Source of the DNA: Escherichia phage vB_EcoM_KWBSE43-6
Sequence record: NC_048186.1
Reading direction: 5' to 3' (one strand)
DNA: 64,000 nt
Position 1 is the stretch's first letter, and every line of letters starts with the position of its first letter. The notes below the pieces were generated by a model that saw nothing but the letters and a program-made list of their open reading frames with translations, was not told the origin of the DNA and searched no databases. Shown here piece by piece: positions 37,806 to 47,123 of the stretch. Position numbers and translations under genes: made by a program.

Positions 37806-38306
37806 ATGTCTACTTCAGTCCAATTCAAACATGACAACCCAAATTATGCAGCATCCGATAAGTGGCGCTTAACTATCGGTGATCTGATATTGTTATCCCG
37901 CTCTGTACACGATTTTAGCATACCAGGCGTGTATTCCGAGGGCATCGATGGGCCTTCGCCCGGTTCAGTGCTCAACACGATCCCTTCTGAACGTTTAACA
38001 TATGATCCCATCGTATTTACGTTCGTTATCGATGAGGATTGGGTAAACTGGGAAACCATCTACAACTGGATAGCCAGCAACGCCGCCGCTGATATGGCTG
38101 TTAGTAAAGACATCACCATAGAATTACTCAACAACATGAACCGCCCGGTTGGCCTGCAACTTCTGTTGGAAGAAGCACGTCCAACTGCACTGGACAACGT
38201 TCTTGTTGATGTGGACGCTTCTGTTCCCCAATTAGTTACAACGGTGACTTTCAAGTATCTGAAACTGACACCGACCCGTGTCGTACGTGAAATTGATAAA
38301 GAATGA
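37806..38306 (+). CDS. hypothetical protein, 166 aa
   Basis: ATG 37806; diverges from lipoprotein gene across a 38-bp spacer. Confidence 0.55.
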   Translation: MSTSVQFKHDNPNYAASDKWRLTIGDLILLSRSVHDFSIPGVYSEGIDGPSPGSVLNTIPSERLTYDPIVFTFVIDEDWVNWETIYNWIASNAAADMAVSKDITIELLNNMNRPVGLQLLLEEARPTALDNVLVDVDASVPQLVTTVTFKYLKLTPTRVVREIDKE

Positions 38307-38343
38307 GTTATAATAGAGAGAGTTGAAAAGGTGGGAATATTTT

Positions 38344-38805
38344 ATGGAAGTTAACAACACTCAATATCAAACGATGTCTATAGAGGACATCATGGCTGAA
38401 CTGGATCCACTGATTACGGTTGATCCAGCTGATCGTAATTTAGATCAGATTTCGTTGAAGATCGGACGTTCCTTTATGACAGTGCAGCGGCATTACATTC
38501 GTGAAGGGCGTTATCTGGAATATCTGACTGGGCGGTTTAAACAGATTGATGTTTATCTGCGGAGATATTATGCCGGGGAATTACCTGCGCAATCGTACCG
38601 AGATCGTCCTCTCAACAACAAACCACTGAAAACTGATCTGCCTCTATGGGTCCAGGCTGATGACATGTATGTTGAGATGTCCGGGCTGCTCCAAGAGCAG
38701 AGAGCAAAAGTGAAATTCATCGAAAGTTGTTTGGATCGTTTGAACAAGCTGGGTTATGAAGTCAAAAACGCCATAGATTGGCGAAAATACATGGACGGTA
38801 TGTAG
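38344..38805 (+). CDS. possible recombination mediator UvsY-like protein, 153 aa
   Basis: C-terminal half aligns loosely with remembered T4 UvsY; adjacent to nuclease and UvsW. Confidence 0.4.
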   Translation: MEVNNTQYQTMSIEDIMAELDPLITVDPADRNLDQISLKIGRSFMTVQRHYIREGRYLEYLTGRFKQIDVYLRRYYAGELPAQSYRDRPLNNKPLKTDLPLWVQADDMYVEMSGLLQEQRAKVKFIESCLDRLNKLGYEVKNAIDWRKYMDGM

Positions 38806-38807
38806 CG

Positions 38808-39554
38808 ATGAGTCGACTCCAGGCACTCAAGAAGATCAACAATATTGAGGAACGTCAATATACATTTCAGCAGTACGAATTACCGTACAAGGAGCTGACT
38901 TGTGTAACGAACGAGAATGGACGCCATTACGTTTCCCCAACAGGAGTAAAGTTGACCTCTGTGACAACCATGTTGGGGCGTACCAGTGATCATACATGGT
39001 TGGATGCCTGGGTCGAAAGGCTTGGAGTTGAAGAAGCAGCAATTGAAACACAAAGGTGCGCTGATAGGGGAGAGGCAGTGCATCTTGCTTGTGAGTTATA
39101 TCTGAAGAATGCCCCAATGAAAGATGTTGTGGCCGCCGCCGGACAATATCTGTTCATGTTCATGCAGTTGTTTCCCTATCTGAACCGCATGACAAAGATA
39201 TATGCTCAGGAAATACCTCTATATAGCGAAGTATTGGGCTTGGCCGGGCGTGTGGATTTAATTGGGGTGTACAACGGAACCCCAGCAATTATCGACTTCA
39301 AGACTTCGAACACCCTGAAAACCAGAGACATGATCGAGGATTACAGCATCCAATTGTGTCTGTATTCAGTTATGTTTCAACAGATGTTTAATGTCAAAAT
39401 CGAGCGTCTCATCAACATCATATCCAATGAGAATGGTTTACTGCCGACAGTAATAGAATTCGACAGAAAGGATATTCTCCCAAAAATGTTCGAGCGCGTC
39501 CGTTTATATCACCGTATGGACAAGGAACAGAATGGAATCTGGGCAGACCGCTAA
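38808..39554 (+). CDS. PD-(D/E)xK family nuclease (RecB/Cas4-like exonuclease fold), 248 aa
   Basis: Motifs GEAVH, GRVDL, IIDFKTS, QLCLY in canonical order. Confidence 0.65.
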   Translation: MSRLQALKKINNIEERQYTFQQYELPYKELTCVTNENGRHYVSPTGVKLTSVTTMLGRTSDHTWLDAWVERLGVEEAAIETQRCADRGEAVHLACELYLKNAPMKDVVAAAGQYLFMFMQLFPYLNRMTKIYAQEIPLYSEVLGLAGRVDLIGVYNGTPAIIDFKTSNTLKTRDMIEDYSIQLCLYSVMFQQMFNVKIERLINIISNENGLLPTVIEFDRKDILPKMFERVRLYHRMDKEQNGIWADR

Positions 39555-39557
39555 ATA
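39551..39557 (+). promoter_or_regulatory. late-promoter-like box CTAAATA
   Basis: GCTAAATACTCC 25 nt upstream of ATG 39582. Confidence 0.35.
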
Positions 39558-39581
39558 CTCCATATAATTGGGAGGATTGGT

Positions 39582-41099
39582 ATGGCCGACATTTCTGTGA
39601 CCAAAGTGAACGAAGTCCGTATGCGTGTGCATGCTGACGCAGGGATCTATGAAGAACTAAATGATTATTTCAAATTTGAAGATCCCAACTTTCAGCCTAA
39701 TCCTTTCAGCAAATGGGATGGCGTCGTCCGTTTATTCACCAAATCTTCCGGGTTGATCGACATCGGTCTTCTGTTTGAACTCTTCAAATTTTGTAAGACC
39801 AACGGTTATTCACTTGACGTAGATCCTGCATTGAAATATATCCAGGACATCCCTGATAATGAAATTCATGATTTCTGTAATAATTTGAAAACACAAATTC
39901 GCACAGAATCTGGGGAATACATTGATGCTGAAGTTCGACAGTATCAATTCGATTCCATCGCCACTGCCATGAGGCAATCTCGCTGCGTCCTCGAGCTGGC
40001 TACAAGTGCCGGTAAATCCTTTATTCTTTATGTGATGGCCCGTTACTACAGGGAAAGACGAGAAGCGCTCGAAAGTAATCTGAGGACGCTTATCGTTGTT
40101 CCTTCTGTGCATCTTGTCAGACAATTGTACGAGAACTTCGAAGAATACAGTCATGGACAATCCTGGAACCCGTTCTACCAGGTACAGACCATATGCGAAG
40201 GTGCAACCCGCAATATTGATAAACCCATCACAATTTCCACATGGCAAGGCATACAAGACCAGCCAAAGGATTGGTTTCATCAGTTTGGTGATATCATTGT
40301 TGACGAAGTTCATACCTCAAAGTCGGATAAACTTTCATATATCCTCAACAACTGCATAAATGCTGACCAGCGCCTTGGGGTGACTGGTACTTTGGCGAAC
40401 ACTAAAGTTGCTGGTCTGCAGGTGGTATCCCACTTTGGTGCCTATCACAAGATCATCACGGCTCGAGAACTGATCAGTATGGGATATGCAGCTGACATTA
40501 AAATCCGGATGATAGAATTGAAACACAGATTGGCCGACGCTATTGATATGCATGGCGCCGATTACCAGAAAGAAATGGAATATTTGATATCGAACGAAGT
40601 TAGAAACCGGCTTATCGCCAAGATGGCTTTAACATTGAAGGGTAACGTCGCCATCATGTTCGAACGTATTGATGCCCATATGATGATCGTGTATGATATC
40701 CTCAAAGAAATAAAGCCCAACGTATTTGTCATCAACGGGGAAGTCAAATCAGCAGACCGCATGCAAATCCAAAGGGCGATAGAAGAAGGTGAGGATATTA
40801 CTCTGTTGGCATCTTATGGAACGATGCAACAAGGGGTTTCTATAAAGAAACTTCACCATCTGGTATTGGCACACCCAAGCAAATCATATATTCGTGTTAT
40901 CCAGACTCTGGGAAGATTGATGCGTCAGCACTCAACAAAAGACGTGGCACTCATATGGGATTTGGTAGACAATTTGAGTTATAATGGGAGTTACAATCAT
41001 GCGTTGCGTCACTCTCACGAGCGATACAAATTTTATTTGACAGAACGCCACCCTGTCGAATTGAAAAGAGTGGCGCTGGAAGATTATTTGGGGTCTTGA
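39582..41099 (+). CDS. uvsW: UvsW-like SF2 DNA helicase
   Basis: ATSAGKSFILYVMARYY (Walker A), DEVH box, TWQGIQDQPKDWFHQFG match T4 UvsW. Confidence 0.85.
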   Translation: MADISVTKVNEVRMRVHADAGIYEELNDYFKFEDPNFQPNPFSKWDGVVRLFTKSSGLIDIGLLFELFKFCKTNGYSLDVDPALKYIQDIPDNEIHDFCNNLKTQIRTESGEYIDAEVRQYQFDSIATAMRQSRCVLELATSAGKSFILYVMARYYRERREALESNLRTLIVVPSVHLVRQLYENFEEYSHGQSWNPFYQVQTICEGATRNIDKPITISTWQGIQDQPKDWFHQFGDIIVDEVHTSKSDKLSYILNNCINADQRLGVTGTLANTKVAGLQVVSHFGAYHKIITARELISMGYAADIKIRMIELKHRLADAIDMHGADYQKEMEYLISNEVRNRLIAKMALTLKGNVAIMFERIDAHMMIVYDILKEIKPNVFVINGEVKSADRMQIQRAIEEGEDITLLASYGTMQQGVSIKKLHHLVLAHPSKSYIRVIQTLGRLMRQHSTKDVALIWDLVDNLSYNGSYNHALRHSHERYKFYLTERHPVELKRVALEDYLGS

Positions 41100-41476
41100 T
41101 CCACATAGGCGGGCGTTGGCTCGCCTTCTTCACTGTCGTCAACCAAACCCAGGAATGCGTCAATACTATCACAACAACGTTGTAACAGTTCCGGTTTGAT
41201 GGTTTTGTTGATGATCGCCTGATTTTTGTTGACCAGAGGGAACACTCTTAATTCGCCGAAGTTGCTCATATTGACGATCGCAACATAAAGCCCTGGCTTG
41301 GTATTACCAGACAGAAATGAGAATGGGACTTCTTTGGCAGAGTCGGATTTTGTTTCATCAACTAAAACCTTCAAAAGAGTAGTTGTTGATGTCTCACTAC
41401 CCAATTTCCGGCTTGCCATATCTCCGTGGCTGTACCCTACGGCATAGATTGCTACTAATTGTTTCATTCTATTCAT
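41084..41476 (-). CDS. hypothetical protein, 130 aa, opposite orientation
   Basis: Minus ATG 41474-41476; 3' end overlaps uvsW by 16 nt. Confidence 0.45.
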   Translation of the reverse strand: MNRMKQLVAIYAVGYSHGDMASRKLGSETSTTTLLKVLVDETKSDSAKEVPFSFLSGNTKPGLYVAIVNMSNFGELRVFPLVNKNQAIINKTIKPELLQRCCDSIDAFLGLVDDSEEGEPTPAYVDQDPK

Positions 41477-41790
41477 CTCGTGTTGTTTACATCCTTATAT
41501 AATAGTCTCATGTTATGTTTAGACCAATTTAAAATAATTTGCCTTTCGGATTAAAAAGTCCTTTCTTGTTGAACAACTCCGTCGTACTATACGAGTTGTG
41601 AGCTTTGCGAGCAACGAGTATTAGGGGTTTACGAGCGAAGCGAGTTGATTAATATAAATTAATAGATTAATCTATTTCGTTAATAATTTGCGCGCGAAGA
41701 GATTTAACACTTGTTCTATATCCCCAAATGGGCGATACTAAATTGCGTCAACAACATGACTTGACTTCACTATATCTTGAGGATACATAA
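41477..41790. promoter_or_regulatory. 314-bp AT-rich divergent intergenic region with direct repeats upstream of clamp gene
   Basis: Repeated ACGAG/GCGAG (ACGAGTTG 41591, GCGAGTTG 41636), clustered ATTAAT/TTAATA 41648-41690; TTGACT and MotA-box-like TTGCGTCA near gene 45 start. Confidence 0.4.
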
Positions 41791-42459
41791 ATGCAAGAAA
41801 TTACTCTGTCGGAACGCACTCTGCAACTTCTGGCTAACTTTGAAACCATCTGCCCGTCTATCGTCCTGACTCCTGGCAAAAAGCTGCGTACCGTAAATGA
41901 CGCATCGACGGTTATCGCCATCGCCGATATCGACGAAGACTTCCCGTTCGAATTCCCGATCCTCGATCTAACCAAGCTGCTGGCCATCCAGCGCCTGCCG
42001 AGTTTCAAGAGCGGTAAGATCGAAATGTACGAAGATCACGTGCTGCTCAAAGGCGAAAACTCTCAACTGCAATTCTGGCGCTCGGCCAAAGAACTGACGA
42101 CTGTTCCGGCTGATACCATTGATCTGCCGTCGGTTGATTTCGAAGCAACTGTGTCGCCGGAAAAAATGAAAGAGCTGATCCGCGCGTGTTCTACCCTGGG
42201 CCACAAAACTGTCCGTATGGTCGCCAGCGGCGGCAAAACCCGTCTGGTGGGTACTACTCCGGCAATCGACAATTCCAACGATTACACCGTTGAATTGGGC
42301 GAAACTGCGCTGGGTGATTTCTCCATGCCGATCGACGTTGTCAACCTGAAAATGATCGAAGGCAACTATACTATCCGCGCCTGCACTGAAATGCAGCTGG
42401 TCAATTTCCAATCGGTCGACGGCACCATCAACTATTACGTCGGCATGCAGCTGGAATAA
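41791..42459 (+). CDS. gp45: sliding clamp gp45
   Basis: N-terminus TLQLLANFETICPSIVLTPGK parallels T4 gp45; followed by clamp loader genes. Confidence 0.8.
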   Translation: MQEITLSERTLQLLANFETICPSIVLTPGKKLRTVNDASTVIAIADIDEDFPFEFPILDLTKLLAIQRLPSFKSGKIEMYEDHVLLKGENSQLQFWRSAKELTTVPADTIDLPSVDFEATVSPEKMKELIRACSTLGHKTVRMVASGGKTRLVGTTPAIDNSNDYTVELGETALGDFSMPIDVVNLKMIEGNYTIRACTEMQLVNFQSVDGTINYYVGMQLE

Positions 42460-42492
42460 TCTTCAATATCTGCCTGTTGCTTTAATATCGTT

Positions 42493-42518
42493 GCAGGGGC
42501 TTTGTGCCCCTGTATTTT
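42493..42518 (+). terminator. terminator-like hairpin
   Basis: GCAGGGGC tttgt GCCCCTGT then ATTTTG. Confidence 0.45.
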
Positions 42519-42544
42519 GAAACGCATCATCTAAAGAGGCTGTA

Positions 42545-43534
42545 ATGTCTAATATCACAATCGTTGGTGACCAATACGCATGGGAAAACAAATATCGCCC
42601 GGACAATCTGGACGAAATCGTTCTCCCCCAGGACGTCCGTGCCAAGATCCATGGCTATATCACTGGTGGCAATGGCAACATCCCGTCAATGCTGTTCTAC
42701 TCACCGAAACCGGGTACTGGTAAGACCACGACTGCTCTGGCGGTTTGTAATGAAATCGGCTGCGTCAAGCCGCTGATGATCAACGCATCCCTGGACAACA
42801 ACATCGACACCATCCGCGACAAAGTTATCCAGTATTCGACTGGCGTCAGCGTATATGGCGGACGGAAAGTCGTTATCCTGGATGAAGCCGAGCGCCTGTC
42901 TATGGCCGCTCAGGAATCGTTGAAAGGTATTATCGAGAAGGTGAGCAAAAACTGCTCGTTTATCCTCACCACCAACTCGAAATCCCGTCTGAACGAACCG
43001 CTGGTTTCCCGCTGCCGTGAAATCGACTTCATCTGGACCGACAAAGAAGCACATGAAGTGCAGCTACAGTTCATGCGGCGCTGTGCTGAAATCCTTGCTG
43101 CTGAAAACGTCGAAGTCGATCTGAAAGTCCTCGGCCGGATCATTCCTCAGTTCTTCCCGGACAACCGTAAGATCATGGGCATCTTGCAAGACAATGCCTC
43201 CACCTACGGAAAAATTGATGAACGCGCTTTGGCCGTCGTCAACGCAGGCGGTATGCGCCAGCTGGTTGAAGAGATGAAGAAAAACAACTGGGACGGCGTT
43301 CGCCAATGGGTGACTGATAATCAGAACTACATCGGCGATGATTTCTATTCCCGTTTCTTCCATTTCTGTGTGCCGCAGGATAAGGACAAGCCACGGGCTA
43401 TCGAAACGACTAGCATCGTCGATATGGTCGCTCTCTGCGGTCAGGCGCAGATTGAACACAGACAGGCTGGTGACGTTTGGCTGCATGCGGTTTATTTCCT
43501 GACCAACGTCATGCTCAACATTAAGTGGAGCTGA
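42545..43534 (+). CDS. gp44: clamp loader large subunit gp44 (AAA+)
   Basis: WENKYRP, Walker A SPKPGTGKTT, Walker B ILDEAER, sensor SRCREIDF; matches T4 gp44. Confidence 0.9.
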   Translation: MSNITIVGDQYAWENKYRPDNLDEIVLPQDVRAKIHGYITGGNGNIPSMLFYSPKPGTGKTTTALAVCNEIGCVKPLMINASLDNNIDTIRDKVIQYSTGVSVYGGRKVVILDEAERLSMAAQESLKGIIEKVSKNCSFILTTNSKSRLNEPLVSRCREIDFIWTDKEAHEVQLQFMRRCAEILAAENVEVDLKVLGRIIPQFFPDNRKIMGILQDNASTYGKIDERALAVVNAGGMRQLVEEMKKNNWDGVRQWVTDNQNYIGDDFYSRFFHFCVPQDKDKPRAIETTSIVDMVALCGQAQIEHRQAGDVWLHAVYFLTNVMLNIKWS

Positions 43535-43536
43535 TT

Positions 43537-43959
43537 ATGGCCGCTCCGTCTTTGTTCGATTTCCTGGGTGCGTTGAACAACACCAAAGAGAACCTCTTGC
43601 AAACGGACGACCCTGATGTTCGTAAGGCTTTTGATCCGTTTATGACCCGGCGCGGGCTGGCACAGAACAAAGATACTCTTGTCATCGCCCAGCGAATGAA
43701 TTTGCTTCACAAGGTCACGCCGTGGATGCAATGGAATATGGCATTCCATTCTATCCCGGCGCGTAAGCGGTATGGGAAGTGGGCCAAAAAAGGTCCGCTC
43801 GACCCTGATATTCAGATGTTGTCTGAGTATTATTACATCAGCCATGAAAAGGCATCAGAGTATCTCAAATTTCTTCCAAAAGAAGCACTGGCCGAGATCA
43901 GGAAGAAAGTTGAGTTGTCTAACAGCAACGAGAAAGCGAAGCCGCGCAAGGCTAAGTAG
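43537..43959 (+). CDS. gp62: clamp loader small subunit gp62-like
   Basis: RYGKWAK motif and position directly after gp44. Confidence 0.7.
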   Translation: MAAPSLFDFLGALNNTKENLLQTDDPDVRKAFDPFMTRRGLAQNKDTLVIAQRMNLLHKVTPWMQWNMAFHSIPARKRYGKWAKKGPLDPDIQMLSEYYYISHEKASEYLKFLPKEALAEIRKKVELSNSNEKAKPRKAK

Positions 43960-43987
43960 TTAAAATCATTAATGAAGGAGTTTGGTC

Positions 43988-44452
43988 ATGGCGCGCAATA
44001 CGCTCGACATCTTAAAACTGACTGCGGTCGACGATGAGGCCAGCATCGTCGATTGTATGGTCGAAGTTGAACTGAACCAAGATAAACCGGGAATTTTCCT
44101 GGGTATCAAGGAAACACTGAGCCGAATCGGGGTTAATACTCGCCAAGAGCCTGAAACCCTGTATCAGACCTGCCATATCCTCCACAAATCTGGCAAGTAT
44201 TTTATCGTCCATTTCAAGCATCTGTTTATGCTGGATGGGCATTACAACGGCTTTCAGCGTGAAGATGTCCTGCGTATGAATCGCATCATTCGTCTTCTGG
44301 AGCAGTGGAAGATGATTAAGGTTCTGCATCCGGAACAAGTAACCGAATGCGCCGACATGTCCCGTATCAAAGTTGTGAAACACGATCAGATCGCTGATTG
44401 GAAACTGGTTCCCAAATATATCATTCGCCCATCTCGGGCCAAAAGCGAATAA
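43988..44452 (+). CDS. regA: translational repressor RegA
   Basis: LYQTCHILHKSGKYFIVHFKHLFMLDG and DWKLVPKYIIR match T4 RegA; AAGGAG SD. Confidence 0.75.
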   Translation: MARNTLDILKLTAVDDEASIVDCMVEVELNQDKPGIFLGIKETLSRIGVNTRQEPETLYQTCHILHKSGKYFIVHFKHLFMLDGHYNGFQREDVLRMNRIIRLLEQWKMIKVLHPEQVTECADMSRIKVVKHDQIADWKLVPKYIIRPSRAKSE

Positions 44453-44468
44453 CTGGAGTCGCTATATT

Positions 44469-45335
44469 ATGACAACTACATTTAGTAAGAACGTGAGACT
44501 GAATCTGGCTTTTGGTAATGCTAAAGGGGACGTAACCGCCCCCGACTTTAGCAAAATTCGCAATCAGGCGAAACTCGTTCTGGAAGAAACCCGCGAACTC
44601 CTGGAAGCGGCGTATTTCGATCATCAAGTAGTTCTGACATTGGAACTTAATCCTCGGGAAAGTGAAACGCCGACCACTACCGAAGATCTGATGAAAGCCA
44701 TCATGGATGCGCAGGGTGATATCACCACAGTCAACGACGGCGTAGCTCATATTGCCGGTTTCGACGGTGATGAATGCCTGCAACGTGTCTTTGCTTCCAA
44801 CATGAGCAAGTTCATCCGTTCTGAAGATGAAGTCGGCCCGGCGCTGGACTACTACTATTCCCGTGGTTTCCCGGAAGGCCAGCTGCGCGTTGAAGGCGAA
44901 TTCCCCCAGGCATGCATCAAGGTTAATGAAACCGTGATGTGGAAAGGTAAAGAATATCCGGCTGGCAAATTCCTGAAGAACATGGCGGTCTTCCAGGAAC
45001 CGGATTTCAGTGACATGTTGACGGATAGCCCCAAACAACAGATCAAAACCATCATCGCTACCCAAGCGGTTGAAGAAGGTAAATTACATGTTGATCATAC
45101 AAACGGCGTCGCGTATTTCCATTTGAAAGATTTTCAGGCATTCCTTTTAGCCCAATCTGAAACTTTTTCGCACAGCGTTGTTGCAAACAAAGGCCATATC
45201 GAAAGTTATGTCCCTGTCTTTCAAGTCGTGGACGAAGAACATCCGCCACTGAAAGGCGTTTGGGCAGCGAATGTCCGTATGTTTGTGTACTCCCCGTACA
45301 ATCCGGAAATTACACAGCTGACCCGAATCGATTAA
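44469..45335 (+). CDS. MazG-like all-alpha NTP pyrophosphohydrolase domain protein, 288 aa
   Basis: EExxELxEA (LVLEETRELLEAA) and downstream EDL...DAQGD acidic motif in N-terminal 110 aa; C-terminal 170 aa unassigned. Confidence 0.55.
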   Translation: MTTTFSKNVRLNLAFGNAKGDVTAPDFSKIRNQAKLVLEETRELLEAAYFDHQVVLTLELNPRESETPTTTEDLMKAIMDAQGDITTVNDGVAHIAGFDGDECLQRVFASNMSKFIRSEDEVGPALDYYYSRGFPEGQLRVEGEFPQACIKVNETVMWKGKEYPAGKFLKNMAVFQEPDFSDMLTDSPKQQIKTIIATQAVEEGKLHVDHTNGVAYFHLKDFQAFLLAQSETFSHSVVANKGHIESYVPVFQVVDEEHPPLKGVWAANVRMFVYSPYNPEITQLTRID

Positions 45336-45359
45336 GGCTATCAGGGTTTCAATATACAG

Positions 45360-45386
45360 CAGAGGCTATAATGGCCTCTGTTTTTG
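45360..45386 (+). terminator. rho-independent terminator
   Basis: CAGAGGC tataatg GCCTCTG TTTTT. Confidence 0.6.
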
Positions 45387-45406
45387 TATTCTAAGAAGAG
45401 GATACC

Positions 45407-46624
45407 ATGAAAGATAAACAGTCAGACATCCAATATTGCGGTGTCCGTGAAGATAAAATCAAATCAGCTGAACCAATTCTCAGTCCTTTCCATCGTAAGC
45501 TGTCCTATGATTGGATGGATGAACGTTACAAAATCCACGTGAGAAAGGACGTCCAGCGCCTTCCTTCTCCCTGGACAGAAAACGAGATACTACGGCAGGT
45601 CAAGTTCTGTAACGTCCGGAGAGAGCACGACAGGCAGTCTCAGCATCTTATCCGCAATATTGTCGAGAACAACAACCTGTCTCTGGCCGACAAGATGTTC
45701 AACTGCCTTCTGTTTCGTATGTTCAACATGTGGGATCCTATCGAACATGTTCTAGAAGGCCCGGTCTCCATCAATGATTTCCGTAATATCAATTTGGATC
45801 GAACTCGTGAACGGTTTGCGGACTTTGATAAAAAAGGCGGCGTGACATTCACCAATGCTTTCAACACAGGCGGTCTAAAGCAATGTTTGGCCTTCCCTGA
45901 ACTGGCAGTGACTGGAAAGCCCGCCAGCCCCAGCAAAATGATGGTGAAAGTCTTCGAGAACGAAGGACCGATGAAGTTTTATGTCGGTGAAATGAAATAC
46001 AAAGATGCCAAGTCTTTGGCGGAAGATAATCCAGGGTCAGTAACAATCGAAGGGTGGGAACCGCATATGGGGATGCGTGTTGTCCGGTTCCTGAAATCGT
46101 TTGTTACCCATAACCCTCATTTCTTCCATTCATTGTTGGGGTTCAATTCACCGCTATCTGTTTATGAAGAACTCCTTAACAAAGTTGAAGGCCTCGGACC
46201 ATTCTTGGCATATCAGGTTTGGGTTGACTTCACGTACAACCCGGATTATCCGTTTAGTGAAAACCATTTCACTATCGCCGGGCCGGGGTGCCGCGCCGGG
46301 ATTGATCTGTTGTTCCTGGATAAAGACGGGATGACACATGAAGAATGTATCTTCTGGCTGCGTGACAATCAGGATGATGTGTATCGGCAATATGGTTATG
46401 AACGTGATGCGTTTTGGTCAGCAGAAGAGCCGTATGACCGTTGTATGAACGTCATGCAGCTGGAAAACATGTTCTGCGAGCTGAGCAAATACACCCGTTG
46501 TGTTGAGGCTGTCATGCGCGGCGAGAAACCTCGAGGCAAGGTTGGATACAATGGCGGGGAAGTGTATACCGCTCCTAAGACCCAAGTCCGCTCTATCAAC
46601 CTCCTAGAAAGGATGAAGAAATGA
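45407..46624 (+). CDS. hypothetical protein, 405 aa
   Basis: ATG 45407 with GAGGA upstream; no motif recognised by eye. Confidence 0.6.
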   Translation: MKDKQSDIQYCGVREDKIKSAEPILSPFHRKLSYDWMDERYKIHVRKDVQRLPSPWTENEILRQVKFCNVRREHDRQSQHLIRNIVENNNLSLADKMFNCLLFRMFNMWDPIEHVLEGPVSINDFRNINLDRTRERFADFDKKGGVTFTNAFNTGGLKQCLAFPELAVTGKPASPSKMMVKVFENEGPMKFYVGEMKYKDAKSLAEDNPGSVTIEGWEPHMGMRVVRFLKSFVTHNPHFFHSLLGFNSPLSVYEELLNKVEGLGPFLAYQVWVDFTYNPDYPFSENHFTIAGPGCRAGIDLLFLDKDGMTHEECIFWLRDNQDDVYRQYGYERDAFWSAEEPYDRCMNVMQLENMFCELSKYTRCVEAVMRGEKPRGKVGYNGGEVYTAPKTQVRSINLLERMKK

Positions 46625-47028
46625 AACCTGTGAAGTGCCACCGTTCTTGGAAAGTATGCCCGGCATGTTCAAGCCGGGCCACAAAGATGATTGAATTTGA
46701 GACTGGCTTGTATCGTTGTCAGATCTGCTTTCATCGTTATTCGGATCCAGCTGGTCGTTCTTTGGTTGATAAGAAGTACAAATTCAAAATATTGTTGGGG
46801 ACTTCTGAACAATATGAATACACTGTGGTGGGCGACTCTCTTTCTCAGATTAATCTTCATGTCCTGGAAAAGATTTCCCATTATGATAAAAATTGTGAAC
46901 GTCCTGTGCGAGTTGTCAAAACTCCAAAGGGATACCCGGAAGGCACTCGCAGTGTTGTCGTGGCTGGATACACAAGATTTGACGGTAAGAGATTCAGAAG
47001 TATCCGAATTAATATGATCCCGGTTTAA
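46621..47028 (+). CDS. zinc-ribbon protein, 135 aa
   Basis: ATGA overlap with upstream gene; CPAC-x17-CQIC cysteine pairs near N-terminus. Confidence 0.55.
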   Translation: MKPVKCHRSWKVCPACSSRATKMIEFETGLYRCQICFHRYSDPAGRSLVDKKYKFKILLGTSEQYEYTVVGDSLSQINLHVLEKISHYDKNCERPVRVVKTPKGYPEGTRSVVVAGYTRFDGKRFRSIRINMIPV

Positions 47029-47029
47029 A

Positions 47030-47058
47030 GTTTTCAATAACTGTAATCGGGGTATATT
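47030..47058 (+). promoter_or_regulatory. early-promoter-like element (-35 GTTTTC, 17 bp, -10 TATATT)
   Basis: TTCAATA-N9-GGGGTATATT; 66 nt upstream of ATG 47124. Confidence 0.35.
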
Positions 47059-47123
47059 GACCTCACTTTAACGAAGCGCCTCAACCGGGGCGCACATTTG
47101 AACTGAAACAGGAAGACTATATC

